Shown piece after piece: positions 49,866 through 58,864 of a DNA stretch of 64,000 nt. Under the pieces are notes generated by a model, which searched no databases, was not told the origin of the DNA, and saw only the letters and a list, made by a program, of their open reading frames with translations. The stretch spans positions 30,799 through 94,798 of the forward strand of contig BTVY01000030.1 of assembly GCA_045863335.1 (NCBI GenBank). Direction: 5' to 3'. The first letter of the stretch is position 1; each line of letters opens with the position of its first letter. Source of the stretch: Candidatus Hydrogenedentota bacterium. GTDB lineage: Bacteria; Hydrogenedentota; Hydrogenedentia; Hydrogenedentales; SLHB01. The translations under genes and the position numbers were made by a program.

Positions 49866-51380
49866 TCAGCTTGCGGGCGATGCTATATGAGAGGGCGCGG
49901 GATCCTGCCACGGCTGGTCCGTGTCGAGACGCCAGTTTGCCAAGGCTTCGGTCCAGGCTTGCCATCTGCCAGCGAGGTCCTCCTGCGTTTCGGCGTAGCG
50001 AAGTTCGCCCGCGTGGTTCTTGTATTCGAGTGGATCCTGCGCCAAATCATAGAGTTCGGCGTACTTCGGGTGCGGCTCCACATAGCGGATGTATTTCCAC
50101 CGCTCGGTGCGGATGCCGTCGCTCGCGGGGATGACCGGTTCGCGCACTGCACCGAAGTGGTGTTCGAAGAAGCACTCTTCGCGCCAGTCCGGCCTGCCGC
50201 CGCGGACCCAAGGCGAAAGGTCACGGCCCTGGACGGCGTTGGGAATGGACTCGCCGGCCAATGCCATCATGGTCGGTGAGAGATCGATGTTCAGCGACAT
50301 GGCCTCGCAGCGGCGTCCTTTCAGCCGCTCAGGTACGCGCGGGTCGTGGATGATTAATGGGGCACGGATGGATTCCTCGTGCAGAAGCCACTTGCCGGCA
50401 AGTCCTCGTTCGCCGTTGAAGATTCCCTGGTCGGAAGTAAAAATGACGATCGTATTTTCCGCGACACCCTGCTCCCCGAGGGCCGCCATGATGCGGCCGA
50501 CTTCGCGGTCTACCCCGGAGATGAGGCGGTAGTAGCCCTTCACCGAACGCTGGTAAGCCTCGGGCGTGGCGAAACGCATGTGCCAACGGCGGCGGCCTTC
50601 GGAATCGCGGATGAAGGCGGGGAACCGGTTGTAAAAGTACGGCGCCTCCTTGGGCGGCGGCGGGATTTCGTCGTCCTTGTACAGGGCGTCCAGTGCCGGG
50701 TCATAGAGGTATTGGCGAGGGTCTTGGTCCTGCACATGCGGCGCTTTGAAGCTCAAGGACAAACAGAAGGGCTGGTCCGCGTTCGCGGTTTTAATGTAGT
50801 CAACCGCCTTTCCGCCAAGCTTCGCGGTCAAGTGCGGTCCGCCTTCCTCGCCCTGCGCGAACTCGCCAGTGGGTTCTTTCTGGAAATAGAATCCTTGTCC
50901 CTCGAAACCGTCGAAGTAGTCGTAGTCGTTTACGGGCAGTTCGCCACCAAGGCCGTACTTCCCGATGAAGGCGGTGCGGTATCCCGCTTCGCGCAGCACG
51001 GAGGGATAGGTGATACGCGACAGCTCCGGCGTCAGCGGCGTGCCGAAGTCTTCGATACCATGGCAGCGCGTGTGAAGACCCGTGAAGATGCTCGCGCGGC
51101 TGGCCGCACAGATGGGCGTCGTGGCGAAGTGGTTGGTGAAGAGCGTCCCGCCTGCGGCGAGGGCGTCTAGATTCGGCGTTTGCACGATGGGATTCCCCAT
51201 GCATCCGAGCGAGTCCCATCGCTGGTCGTCGGTGAGGAGGAACACGATGTTGGGCTGTTTGCCGCCGTGCGTCGACGCCTGCGTGAGTCCCGCGCATCCC
51301 AAACCCGCCGCAGCGGCGCCAATGGCCGCGTTCTTCAGTAAGTCCCGCCGTGTAATGCCCGAGCGTTTCGCCTCTACCAT
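49866..51380 (-). CDS. Tat-exported Cys-type sulfatase
   Basis: TRRDLLK Tat motif, PNIVFLLTDDQR, CAASRAS..TG, GY.TAFIGK, FTSDQG and ELYDL..DP.E. Confidence 0.92.
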   Translation of the reverse strand: MVEAKRSGITRRDLLKNAAIGAAAAGLGCAGLTQASTHGGKQPNIVFLLTDDQRWDSLGCMGNPIVQTPNLDALAAGGTLFTNHFATTPICAASRASIFTGLHTRCHGIEDFGTPLTPELSRITYPSVLREAGYRTAFIGKYGLGGELPVNDYDYFDGFEGQGFYFQKEPTGEFAQGEEGGPHLTAKLGGKAVDYIKTANADQPFCLSLSFKAPHVQDQDPRQYLYDPALDALYKDDEIPPPPKEAPYFYNRFPAFIRDSEGRRRWHMRFATPEAYQRSVKGYYRLISGVDREVGRIMAALGEQGVAENTIVIFTSDQGIFNGERGLAGKWLLHEESIRAPLIIHDPRVPERLKGRRCEAMSLNIDLSPTMMALAGESIPNAVQGRDLSPWVRGGRPDWREECFFEHHFGAVREPVIPASDGIRTERWKYIRYVEPHPKYAELYDLAQDPLEYKNHAGELRYAETQEDLAGRWQAWTEALANWRLDTDQPWQDPAPSHIASPAS

Positions 51381-51390
51381 GCCGCCTCCT

Positions 51391-51978
51391 CTATCCAATT
51401 TCCTTAAGTTCCCGCTCGTAGTCTTCCGGCGTATCCATATCGCGCAGCACCCCCGGCGCCTGTACCGGCAAGCGGTGCACGTGTTCGGGATGTCCATAGA
51501 TTAACCCGCGCAGCCCCGTGTCGTCGAACTTGGTCATCACATCGCCGCGATATGACATGGAGATGATGATGGGATGCCCGGTGTCGTCCTCGTAGAGCGG
51601 GACGACGATCCCTTTCTCCACCGCGCGGAATCCCGCGATGAGTTGATCGATCGTCGGAGCATCGATCGAGGGCTGGTCGCCGAGGACGATCATAAAACCT
51701 TCGGCTGCCGGCGTGACTGCTTGCAGTCCGGCCCGTATCGACGTGAGCATGCCGTCCTTGTACCTCGGATTCTCGACAAAGGTTACGGGCTTCCCAAGCA
51801 ACGCGGCTTCTACGGCCTGAACGTCGTGCCCGGTGACCACAATGGTTTGGGCGATTTCGCTGGTGAGGACTTGCGACACGATGTGTTCGATAACAGTCTT
51901 GTCGCCATAGGGCAACACCAGTTTCTGACGCCCCATGCGGCGGGACTCACCCGCAGCCAATACAATCGCAGCGATCAC
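51391..51978 (-). CDS. mocA: molybdenum cofactor cytidylyltransferase (MocA-like)
   Basis: VLAAGESRRMG..K, GM.TSI..GL, LGDQP, GHP and DMDTPEDY motifs. GTG start overlaps the xdhC stop. Confidence 0.85.
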   Translation of the reverse strand: MIAAIVLAAGESRRMGRQKLVLPYGDKTVIEHIVSQVLTSEIAQTIVVTGHDVQAVEAALLGKPVTFVENPRYKDGMLTSIRAGLQAVTPAAEGFMIVLGDQPSIDAPTIDQLIAGFRAVEKGIVVPLYEDDTGHPIIISMSYRGDVMTKFDDTGLRGLIYGHPEHVHRLPVQAPGVLRDMDTPEDYERELKEIG

Positions 51979-53030
51979 TGGGGAACGAACTCCGCCATGG
52001 GTTTCACGGCGCCGGTCTTCTTGCGACGGACGGCGACAAGTTCCGCCGCGATACTGGTCGCGATCTCCTCCACAGAGAGTGCGCCAATATCGAGCCCCAC
52101 GGGCGCGTGGACGCGCTGAAAGTCCTGCTCGGTAGCGATGCCTTCGTCGAGGAACCCCTGGCGGATGATATGAACCTTCCGGCGGCTTCCAATCATCCCG
52201 ATATACGCCGCGGAAGAGTGAATGCACTCCTTGAGAACCACGCCATCATGGCGGTGACCGCGCGTAACGATAAGAATGTACGTGCTCGAATCAACGGGAA
52301 ACTCCGCAACCGCCTTCGGAATGTCGCCGCAGATGGTTCGCACGCCGTCGGGGTACAGGCTCGCCTGCGTAAACGCGGGGCGGTCGTCGATGACGGTCAC
52401 CTCGAATCCCAGCCACGTTGCAAGTTTCGCCGTAGCCTGCCCCACGTGGCCGCCTCCCGCGATGAGCAGCGTGGGTGTCCGCTCGATGGGTTCGAGGTAC
52501 GAGGAGATGTCGTTGACCATGATGAGTTGGGGCCGCGCCTTGTCGAGACAGGCCTGAAGCTGTTCGAGCGTAAGTCTGACGTCCTCGGAAAGAGGCGCGC
52601 CATCTTCCCAGCAGATGGCCTTGCCCAAATTGATGGGATCGCCATCGGCCAGTGTAATCAACACACCGCGACGGCCTTCATGTATAAGCGCGGATGCGCG
52701 GGCAAAGGCATCGCGATTCTTCGCTGGTTCAGGATCGATGAAGACCCGGACATTTCCGCCGCAAATGAGACCATCGTCCCAGCCGTAGTCATCGTTGAGA
52801 TGGAGGTCGAAGAGCAGCGGCGTGCCGCTATCGAGCGCGTCCAGAGCGCGGCGACGGGACTCCGCTTCGAGACACCCGCCGCCCAGCGTGCCGTGGATCG
52901 CACCGGATGGTTCGAAGATTGCCTTGGCGCCGGCCTTCTGCGGCGTCGAGCCAGTAGCCGTGACCACCGCAGCGAACGCGAAGGGCGTCTTGGCGTCTAT
53001 GAGACTGACGAGTTTGGAATAGAAGTTCAT
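51975..53030 (-). CDS. xdhC: XdhC family molybdoenzyme maturation factor
   Basis: GSTPQKAGAK, GTLGGGCLE, GLICGG, GGGHV, YIGMIGSRRK and APVGLDIGA...EIA.SI.AEL motifs. Confidence 0.93.
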   Translation of the reverse strand: MNFYSKLVSLIDAKTPFAFAAVVTATGSTPQKAGAKAIFEPSGAIHGTLGGGCLEAESRRRALDALDSGTPLLFDLHLNDDYGWDDGLICGGNVRVFIDPEPAKNRDAFARASALIHEGRRGVLITLADGDPINLGKAICWEDGAPLSEDVRLTLEQLQACLDKARPQLIMVNDISSYLEPIERTPTLLIAGGGHVGQATAKLATWLGFEVTVIDDRPAFTQASLYPDGVRTICGDIPKAVAEFPVDSSTYILIVTRGHRHDGVVLKECIHSSAAYIGMIGSRRKVHIIRQGFLDEGIATEQDFQRVHAPVGLDIGALSVEEIATSIAAELVAVRRKKTGAVKPMAEFVPQ

Positions 53031-53074
53031 GGGGGAAGTCTACGGGGCGAACCACGAGGTATCAAATCGGAGTT

Positions 53075-53125
53075 ATGGACTTTATGGACGAAATGGACTA
53101 TATGGACTATATGGACGGTATGGAC
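53075..53125 (+). repeat. 9-bp period tandem array (ATGGAC-nnn)x6
   Basis: ATGGAC at 53075, 53084, 53093, 53102, 53111 and 53120. Confidence 0.9.
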
Positions 53126-53171
53126 CAAAAAACCGCAGATTGATTCGGACGGAGGAGTCGGGGGAAGCGAT

Positions 53172-53846
53172 ATGCATGGCGATGAACCGTTGATCCCCAA
53201 ACACGGCGGTTACCGAAAGCTCAAGACCTTTCAACTTGCACAAATCGTCTACGACATTACGGTGAGGTTCACCAAGCGCTACGTAGACGGCTGGAGCCGG
53301 ACCCGCGATCAGATGATTCAGGCAGCGCGTTCAGGTGTGCAGAATATTGCGGAAGGCTCGCAGGTTTCCGGGACGTCCAAGAAGAGCGAGATGGTGCTGA
53401 CCGGAGTCGCCCGGGGTAGCCTGGAAGAGCTTAGAGTTGACTACGAAGATTTTCTACGTCATCGGAATTTGCCTCTGTGGGAATGGAGCGATCCCAGGCG
53501 GAAGGCCTTGGTCGACGCCCGATGCACTTCCGCGGATGATGTTGCCCGATGGGTGAAGCATGTACGAGATGCAGCAAGGAAGCGCAGCCAGGATCAAGAA
53601 GCTTCGCCCGACATATCGGCGGGAGTGTCCATATCGTCCATATCGTCCATATCGTCCATTCCCGCCACCTACCCCGAAATTACCGCTAACGCCGTTCTCG
53701 TGCTAATCGGTGTGACGTGCAGCCTCTTGGATCGCCAACTTAACGCACAAGGCGAAGCCTTCAAACATGAGGGAGGCTTCAGCGAGCGCCTCTATCGTGT
53801 TCGTACGCAAAAACGCGATCAGCGACGCCGTCCCGATTCTTCCTGA
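53172..53846 (+). CDS. four-helix-bundle protein (Avd / 23S-IVS-protein-like) with suffix domain
   Basis: GGYRKLKTFQ, RTRDQMIQAARSGVQNIAEGS, VARGSLEELRVDYEDFLR, and suffix AN....LI.....LLDRQL.....F..EGGFSERLY..R. Confidence 0.88.
   Translation: MHGDEPLIPKHGGYRKLKTFQLAQIVYDITVRFTKRYVDGWSRTRDQMIQAARSGVQNIAEGSQVSGTSKKSEMVLTGVARGSLEELRVDYEDFLRHRNLPLWEWSDPRRKALVDARCTSADDVARWVKHVRDAARKRSQDQEASPDISAGVSISSISSISSIPATYPEITANAVLVLIGVTCSLLDRQLNAQGEAFKHEGGFSERLYRVRTQKRDQRRRPDSS
53627..53659 (-). repeat. inverted copy of the 9-bp array inside the four-helix-bundle gene
   Basis: GTCCAT at 53627, 53636, 53645 and 53654 (reverse complement of ATGGAC); it encodes SISSISSISSI. Confidence 0.9.
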
Positions 53847-54011
53847 AGGCCGATCACCCTCTCCTTGCACTATCCCCGGGCCGGTGTTAATGTGGATGTC
53901 GCTGTAAGGGTTCGTCGCAAGCTGTCGTCAGGAGCATGTGCGGACTGAATTGCTCGGTCCTTCCCTGTCGCGATACGAATCCCTGTTCGAAAACGCTGGA
54001 GGATTGTTCGT

Positions 54012-54632
54012 ATGCCGACTCATGACAAGCCGGAGGAACATTCGGGGCTGTCCCGGCGTGGATTCCTCAAGACGGTGGGTGCGGGAACGGTCGCCGGAGG
54101 CCTGGTCCGCGAAAGCGGAGGCGCCGCCACCGTCGCTGCGCAAGGTCCGGAAGTCGCCGGCCCCGCCGCGATTCCCCTCAAACTCTCGATCAACGGAAAG
54201 ACCCATTCGCTGAATGTCGAGCCACGCGTTACGTTGCTGGACGCACTGCGCAACTACCTGGATCTCACCGGCAGCAAGAAGGTCTGCGACCGCGGCACCT
54301 GCGGCGCTTGCACGGTGCTGCTGGACGGGAAGCCGGTGTACTCGTGCACGCTGCTCGCGGTCGAAGCGCAAGGCCACCAGATCACGACCATTGAAGGGCT
54401 CGGTTCGCCGGAAGAACTCAGTGCGCTGCAAAACGCCTTTGTCGAACATGACGCCCAGCAGTGCGGGTTCTGCACGCCCGGGTTTGTGGTGGCGTGTACG
54501 GCCTTCGTCAAAGACCATCCAAATGCGACGCTCGAAGAAGTGCGCGCGGGGCTGGGCGGCAACCTCTGCCGTTGCGGAACGTACCACGGCATTACCGAAG
54601 CGGTGCTCCAGGTCGCGAAGGGAGGTGCGTGA
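54012..54632 (+). CDS. Tat-signal 2x[2Fe-2S] subunit of a xanthine-oxidase-family molybdoenzyme (PaoA/YagT-like)
   Basis: SRRGFLK, CDRGTCGAC..C, QCGFCTPG and NLCRCG motifs. Confidence 0.95.
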   Translation: MPTHDKPEEHSGLSRRGFLKTVGAGTVAGGLVRESGGAATVAAQGPEVAGPAAIPLKLSINGKTHSLNVEPRVTLLDALRNYLDLTGSKKVCDRGTCGACTVLLDGKPVYSCTLLAVEAQGHQITTIEGLGSPEELSALQNAFVEHDAQQCGFCTPGFVVACTAFVKDHPNATLEEVRAGLGGNLCRCGTYHGITEAVLQVAKGGA

Positions 54633-56770
54633 TGGCGAAGAACGCATGGCCCGCAGCAGACAAGCGCGAGTTGATTGGCGAACGCATCAGCCGTTTGGAC
54701 GGTCCGATAAAAGCCACTGGACACGCCAAGTATGCCTACGATATGAACCGGCCCGGCATGCTGTATATCCGGCTGGTCTGGGCGCCCTACGGAGCGGCCA
54801 AGATTCAATCCATCGACACCAGCGCCGCGAAAGCGATTAAAGGCGTCGCGGGCGTTTGGAACGAAATGAACGAAGGCGACGAGATCGTTCATGCAGGACA
54901 GATCGTGGCAACGGTTGCCGCGACCTCCGAGGAAATCGCGCAGGAGGCCTGGCGCGCGGTCAAAGTCGCGTACGAGGTGAAGCAGCCGCAGATGAACGAT
55001 ACGGTCCTCGAGAACGCGGACGAGAAAGAACAGCGCGACGAGATACCCGACGCGGCGACGGTGGACAAGGCTTACGCGGATGCCGAGGTGAAGATCGACG
55101 GCCATTACGGCCTTGCTCCTATCACCCACTGCTGCATGGAAGCGCATGGTCAATTCGCAGAAATGAAAGACGGCGACCAATATATTTGGCCGTCGACGCA
55201 GAACGTATCGGCGTACGCAGCCGGACTGACCGATGCCGCGGGATTGCCGGCAAGCCAGATTCATGTGGACTGTCAATACATGGGCGGCGGGTTTGGTTCG
55301 AAGTTCTCGTCGGACCAGTGGGGCGCAATCTGTTCGCGCATCTCGAAAGAGACGGGCAAACCCGTCAAGCTCATGCTGGAGCGCGACCAGGAGTTGATGG
55401 TTGCGGGCGCGCGCCCATCGGCGTTCGCCAACGTCAAGGCGGGCGCCACGAAGGACGGCAAGATTACAGTGTTTGACTCCATATGCTGGGGCTCGGGCGG
55501 CATGGGTACGTCGCGCGGATTAGGCGTACCGTACGTGTTCGGCAACGTGCCGAACATCCGCCGTGTCGCGCGGAACGTTCGCACGAATCGCGGCTCCCAA
55601 CGGGCCTGGCGCGCGCCCGGGCATCCGCAGGCATGTTTGGTCACGATGGCAGCGCTGGACGATCTCGCGGCGGCAGCCAACATGGATGCACTCGATTTCT
55701 TCCTCAAAAACCTCGACCTCACGGAACGGCCCGACGTCTATCGCGAAGAACTGCAGATCGCCGCGGACATGATCGGTTACAAGGAGAAGGCCCACCTGCG
55801 CGGCGAATCGGGTGACGGACCGGTGAAGCGCGGTCTCGGCATATCAATTCACATGTGGGGCGGCGGCGGCCACAAGTCTGAATGCGCCTGCACGATCAAT
55901 CCGGATGGTTCCGTATCGGTGGCCATTGGCACGCAGGATCTGGGCACGGGCACGCGGACGGTGGTGGGAATCGTCACCGCCGAAACGCTCGGATTGCCCT
56001 TGGAACGCGTGCAGGTCAACATCGGCAAGGATCAATATCCCCCGTCGGGTGCGTCCGGCGGCAGCACGACCGTTGGCGGCGTTTCTTCGTCCTCGCGCGA
56101 CGCAGCAACCAACGCACTCAACATGCTGTTGGAGAAAGTGGCGCCGTCGCTTGGCGTCCCCGTGGATCAGCTCGAAGCCTGGGACGGGAAGATCCAGGTG
56201 ATTGGCGATCCGAGCAAATCCGTCACTTGGGAGAAGGCGTGCAGCATGCTCGGCCAGATCCCGATCACGGGCAAGGGAAGCAAACCGACCTCCGACGGCA
56301 CGGAACTCGACAACAGTGGCGTGGGCGGTGTGCAGATGGCGGACGTGAGCGTGGACACGGAAACGGGCCGCGTCACCATCAACGAGTTTGTCGCGGTCCA
56401 GGACTGCGGGCTCATCATCGATCTGAAGACCGCGGAGAGCCAAGTCTACGGCGCGATGATCATGGGCGTCACCTACGCGCTGTATGAAGAAGCAATCTAC
56501 GATTCCGCTACGGGACGGATGCTGAACGCCGACATGGAATTCTACCGGCTCGCGGGCCTGGCGGACGTGGGGACCTTGAAGGTCCACATGATGACGGGCC
56601 CCGGATACGACGAACGCGGCGTAATCGGGTTGGGCGAACCGCCGGTGATTTCACCGGGCGCCGCCATCTCGAACGCCGTCGCCAACGCGTGCGGCGTCCG
56701 TGTCTCGACCTTGCCGCTTACTCCCGATCGGGTCATCGCGGCCCTGGAACAAGGAGGGAAACTCGCATGA
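54632..56770 (+). CDS. molybdopterin-binding large subunit (PaoC/YagR-like)
   Basis: KATG.AKY, H..MEAH, GGGFGSK, WRAPG, QDLGTG, SGGS and GLGEP motifs. ATG overlaps the upstream TGA. Confidence 0.93.
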   Translation: MAKNAWPAADKRELIGERISRLDGPIKATGHAKYAYDMNRPGMLYIRLVWAPYGAAKIQSIDTSAAKAIKGVAGVWNEMNEGDEIVHAGQIVATVAATSEEIAQEAWRAVKVAYEVKQPQMNDTVLENADEKEQRDEIPDAATVDKAYADAEVKIDGHYGLAPITHCCMEAHGQFAEMKDGDQYIWPSTQNVSAYAAGLTDAAGLPASQIHVDCQYMGGGFGSKFSSDQWGAICSRISKETGKPVKLMLERDQELMVAGARPSAFANVKAGATKDGKITVFDSICWGSGGMGTSRGLGVPYVFGNVPNIRRVARNVRTNRGSQRAWRAPGHPQACLVTMAALDDLAAAANMDALDFFLKNLDLTERPDVYREELQIAADMIGYKEKAHLRGESGDGPVKRGLGISIHMWGGGGHKSECACTINPDGSVSVAIGTQDLGTGTRTVVGIVTAETLGLPLERVQVNIGKDQYPPSGASGGSTTVGGVSSSSRDAATNALNMLLEKVAPSLGVPVDQLEAWDGKIQVIGDPSKSVTWEKACSMLGQIPITGKGSKPTSDGTELDNSGVGGVQMADVSVDTETGRVTINEFVAVQDCGLIIDLKTAESQVYGAMIMGVTYALYEEAIYDSATGRMLNADMEFYRLAGLADVGTLKVHMMTGPGYDERGVIGLGEPPVISPGAAISNAVANACGVRVSTLPLTPDRVIAALEQGGKLA

Positions 56771-57741
56771 AGTCCTTTGAATATGCGGCGCCTCAGAATC
56801 TGGATGACGCGATCGCCCTCCTCGCCCCCGGTGAAGGGGCGTTCGTTCTCGCGGGCGGCACGGATCTCGTTACGTCGATGAAGCAGGGCATCGTGTCGCC
56901 GGCACGGCTCGTCAGCCTGAAGGCGATCGAAGAATTGAAGGGCATCGACACGTCCGGCGATACCGTGAAAATTGGAGCCATGACGTCCCTGGCCGAACTC
57001 GCCTCGAATGAATCCGTAGCGAAGCTGTATCCCTCGATCGCAACGGCGGTGAACAAAATCGGAAGCGCACAGATCGTGAACATGGGAACCGTCGGCGGCG
57101 ACCTGTGCCAGCATCCCCGGTGCTGGTACTACCGTAATGGCTTTGGTCTCTTCGGCATGGAGAACGGACAACCGTTGATTCCCGACGGCGAAAACAAATA
57201 TCACGCCATCTTCGGCAATGATGGCCCGGCCAAGTTTGTGTGCGCATCCAGTCTCGGACCCGCCCTCGTGGCGTTGGGCGCAACGGTCACGGTTCGGGGC
57301 GCGGACAATCAGCCGCGCGACATTCCAGCCACCGAGTTCTTCAAGACTCCGCAATCACCCGAGGATCCATTGACGGCGGTCGCTGTCGGTGAAGTTGTTA
57401 CACACGTAGCAATTCCAGCGAAGGCCACCAAGAATGCGACCTACGAGATCAGAGAGCGGGAAGGTTTGGACTGGCCGCTGGTGACGGCTACGGTCGTATA
57501 TACCGACAACGGCGGAAAAGCCCAGGATGCACGAGTCGTGCTGGGTCACGTCGCTCCGGTGCCGTGGATTGCGACAGGCGCGGCCGCCGCTCTCGAAGGA
57601 AAAGCGGTCGATGAATCATCCGCGTTGGAGGCTGGCGCGGCCGCGGTGGAGGGCGCTACGCCTCTAAGCAAGAACGGGTTCAAAGTGCAGCTTGCGAAGG
57701 TCGCGGTTAAGCGCGCTGCGTTGGCGGCGGCACAGGCCTGA
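56767..57741 (+). CDS. FAD-binding medium subunit (PaoB/YagS-like)
   Basis: LAGGTDL, IGAMT, QI.NMGTVGG, PRCWYYR, G.N..HAIFG, VLG.VAPVPW and N.FKV motifs. Confidence 0.92.
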   Translation: MKSFEYAAPQNLDDAIALLAPGEGAFVLAGGTDLVTSMKQGIVSPARLVSLKAIEELKGIDTSGDTVKIGAMTSLAELASNESVAKLYPSIATAVNKIGSAQIVNMGTVGGDLCQHPRCWYYRNGFGLFGMENGQPLIPDGENKYHAIFGNDGPAKFVCASSLGPALVALGATVTVRGADNQPRDIPATEFFKTPQSPEDPLTAVAVGEVVTHVAIPAKATKNATYEIREREGLDWPLVTATVVYTDNGGKAQDARVVLGHVAPVPWIATGAAAALEGKAVDESSALEAGAAAVEGATPLSKNGFKVQLAKVAVKRAALAAAQA

Positions 57742-57767
57742 TCGGCCCCATATTGGAGGTAGGAACC

Positions 57768-57971
57768 ATGGCAAATCCAGCCAGTGACAACTTATTCACG
57801 TGTAAACATCTGCGTTCCAAGGAGATGTACTACCAGGCCGACCAGCGCGACGGGGATCAGTACTCCGGCGGCGCCTACTGGTGCGCCAAAAATCACGAGT
57901 CCTTTGGGCCGGACGGCGGCGTCGTGGAGCGTTCGGAATGTACGCCGGATCGGACGTGTTTCCAAGAGTAA
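57768..57971 (+). CDS. small four-cysteine protein (67 aa)
   Basis: RBS GGAGG..AGGA, co-oriented after the FAD subunit; CKHLRSKEMY..YWC..GPDG..C..RTCF. Confidence 0.7.
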   Translation: MANPASDNLFTCKHLRSKEMYYQADQRDGDQYSGGAYWCAKNHESFGPDGGVVERSECTPDRTCFQE

Positions 57972-58034
57972 GTGCAAGTCTGTCCGCGCGCCGTAGCGCG
58001 TGGGGGTAAAAACTTCTCTCGTGGAGGCTCTACC

Positions 58035-58715
58035 ATGAAATACACGGCCCTGCTTGCTGTCTTGGCCTTGGTGCTTTTCCCCGGTGTCACGCCAAGCACG
58101 TTGGTTGACGCGGGTATTCACGGCAAATATGTGGAAACCCGATCCTGTGACGTGTTCACCGGACCTTGTTTCGCCAATGGCGAAGTGGGCGTTACGGGAA
58201 CCGAAGCCATCCTGACCTGGTCGGTGGACCAGGGCGAATGGAATGGCGTTTCGCTTGATGGACTGAACGTGATCGCAGTCGTTCGCGCGCACAACACCCT
58301 CGGGAATCCGTATCAAACTGCCTTGCCTGCCAAGTGCGTGTTGATTGTGGATTCCGACGCGACCGATGCACAACGGACAGCGCTTGCCGATCTGGCGAGC
58401 AACCTCGGTGGCGACTTGACCTCCGACGTCGTAGAAGTGAAGATGGCGCCCATTACCGCACAAATCGGCGAATGCAAGGCCTCCGGTTGCGCGAAGGTCG
58501 AAGCCGAGGGACTGGTGGAAGTCGCGACCCGGTGCCTGGGCGGTGACGACCACATCTGCGGCAACGAAAGCACCTTCTATCCCCCGCTGACGAGTGTGGA
58601 TGACGCCATGCCGGCCTATACAAACGTCGCGAGCTACCAGGGCGATGGACTGGGGATTACGTTCAAAAACCTGGATCGGCGCAGCGCCTTTCTCGCGACC
58701 TTTTCCCGTTCGTAA
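58035..58715 (+). CDS. secreted Cys-rich DUF1326-like protein
   Basis: RBS GGAGG, signal peptide, G.YVETRSCDVFTGPCFAN, G.W.GV.LDGL.V, IVD..AT..QR.AL and CGNE..FYPPL. Confidence 0.7.
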   Translation: MKYTALLAVLALVLFPGVTPSTLVDAGIHGKYVETRSCDVFTGPCFANGEVGVTGTEAILTWSVDQGEWNGVSLDGLNVIAVVRAHNTLGNPYQTALPAKCVLIVDSDATDAQRTALADLASNLGGDLTSDVVEVKMAPITAQIGECKASGCAKVEAEGLVEVATRCLGGDDHICGNESTFYPPLTSVDDAMPAYTNVASYQGDGLGITFKNLDRRSAFLATFSRS

Positions 58716-58864
58716 TCAGCGGAATCACGATGTATCATGGGAGTTCGGATGCCTCAACGGTCCCCGGACTCCTATTTTCTCTGGGCGCCAATTGAATTTG
58801 CGGAAATCGCAGGCGTCTTGATGAAGACCCTTGTCTGATCGCAAAAACGAGAGGAGATCACGCA

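Noticed and set aside
52107-53171. N-terminal 355 codons of the 579-aa plus-strand ORF
   Set aside because: It is antisense to xdhC and runs through the tandem repeats (WTLWTKWTIW). The recognisable four-helix-bundle protein starts at ATG 53172.
53172-53846. Diversity-generating retroelement suggested by the Avd-like gene
   Set aside because: No reverse transcriptase is adjacent, and no TR/VR pair differing at adenines was seen.
53880-54011. Moco riboswitch upstream of the molybdoenzyme operon
   Set aside because: Only weak imperfect pairing is visible, and I could not match the conserved Moco RNA motif by eye.
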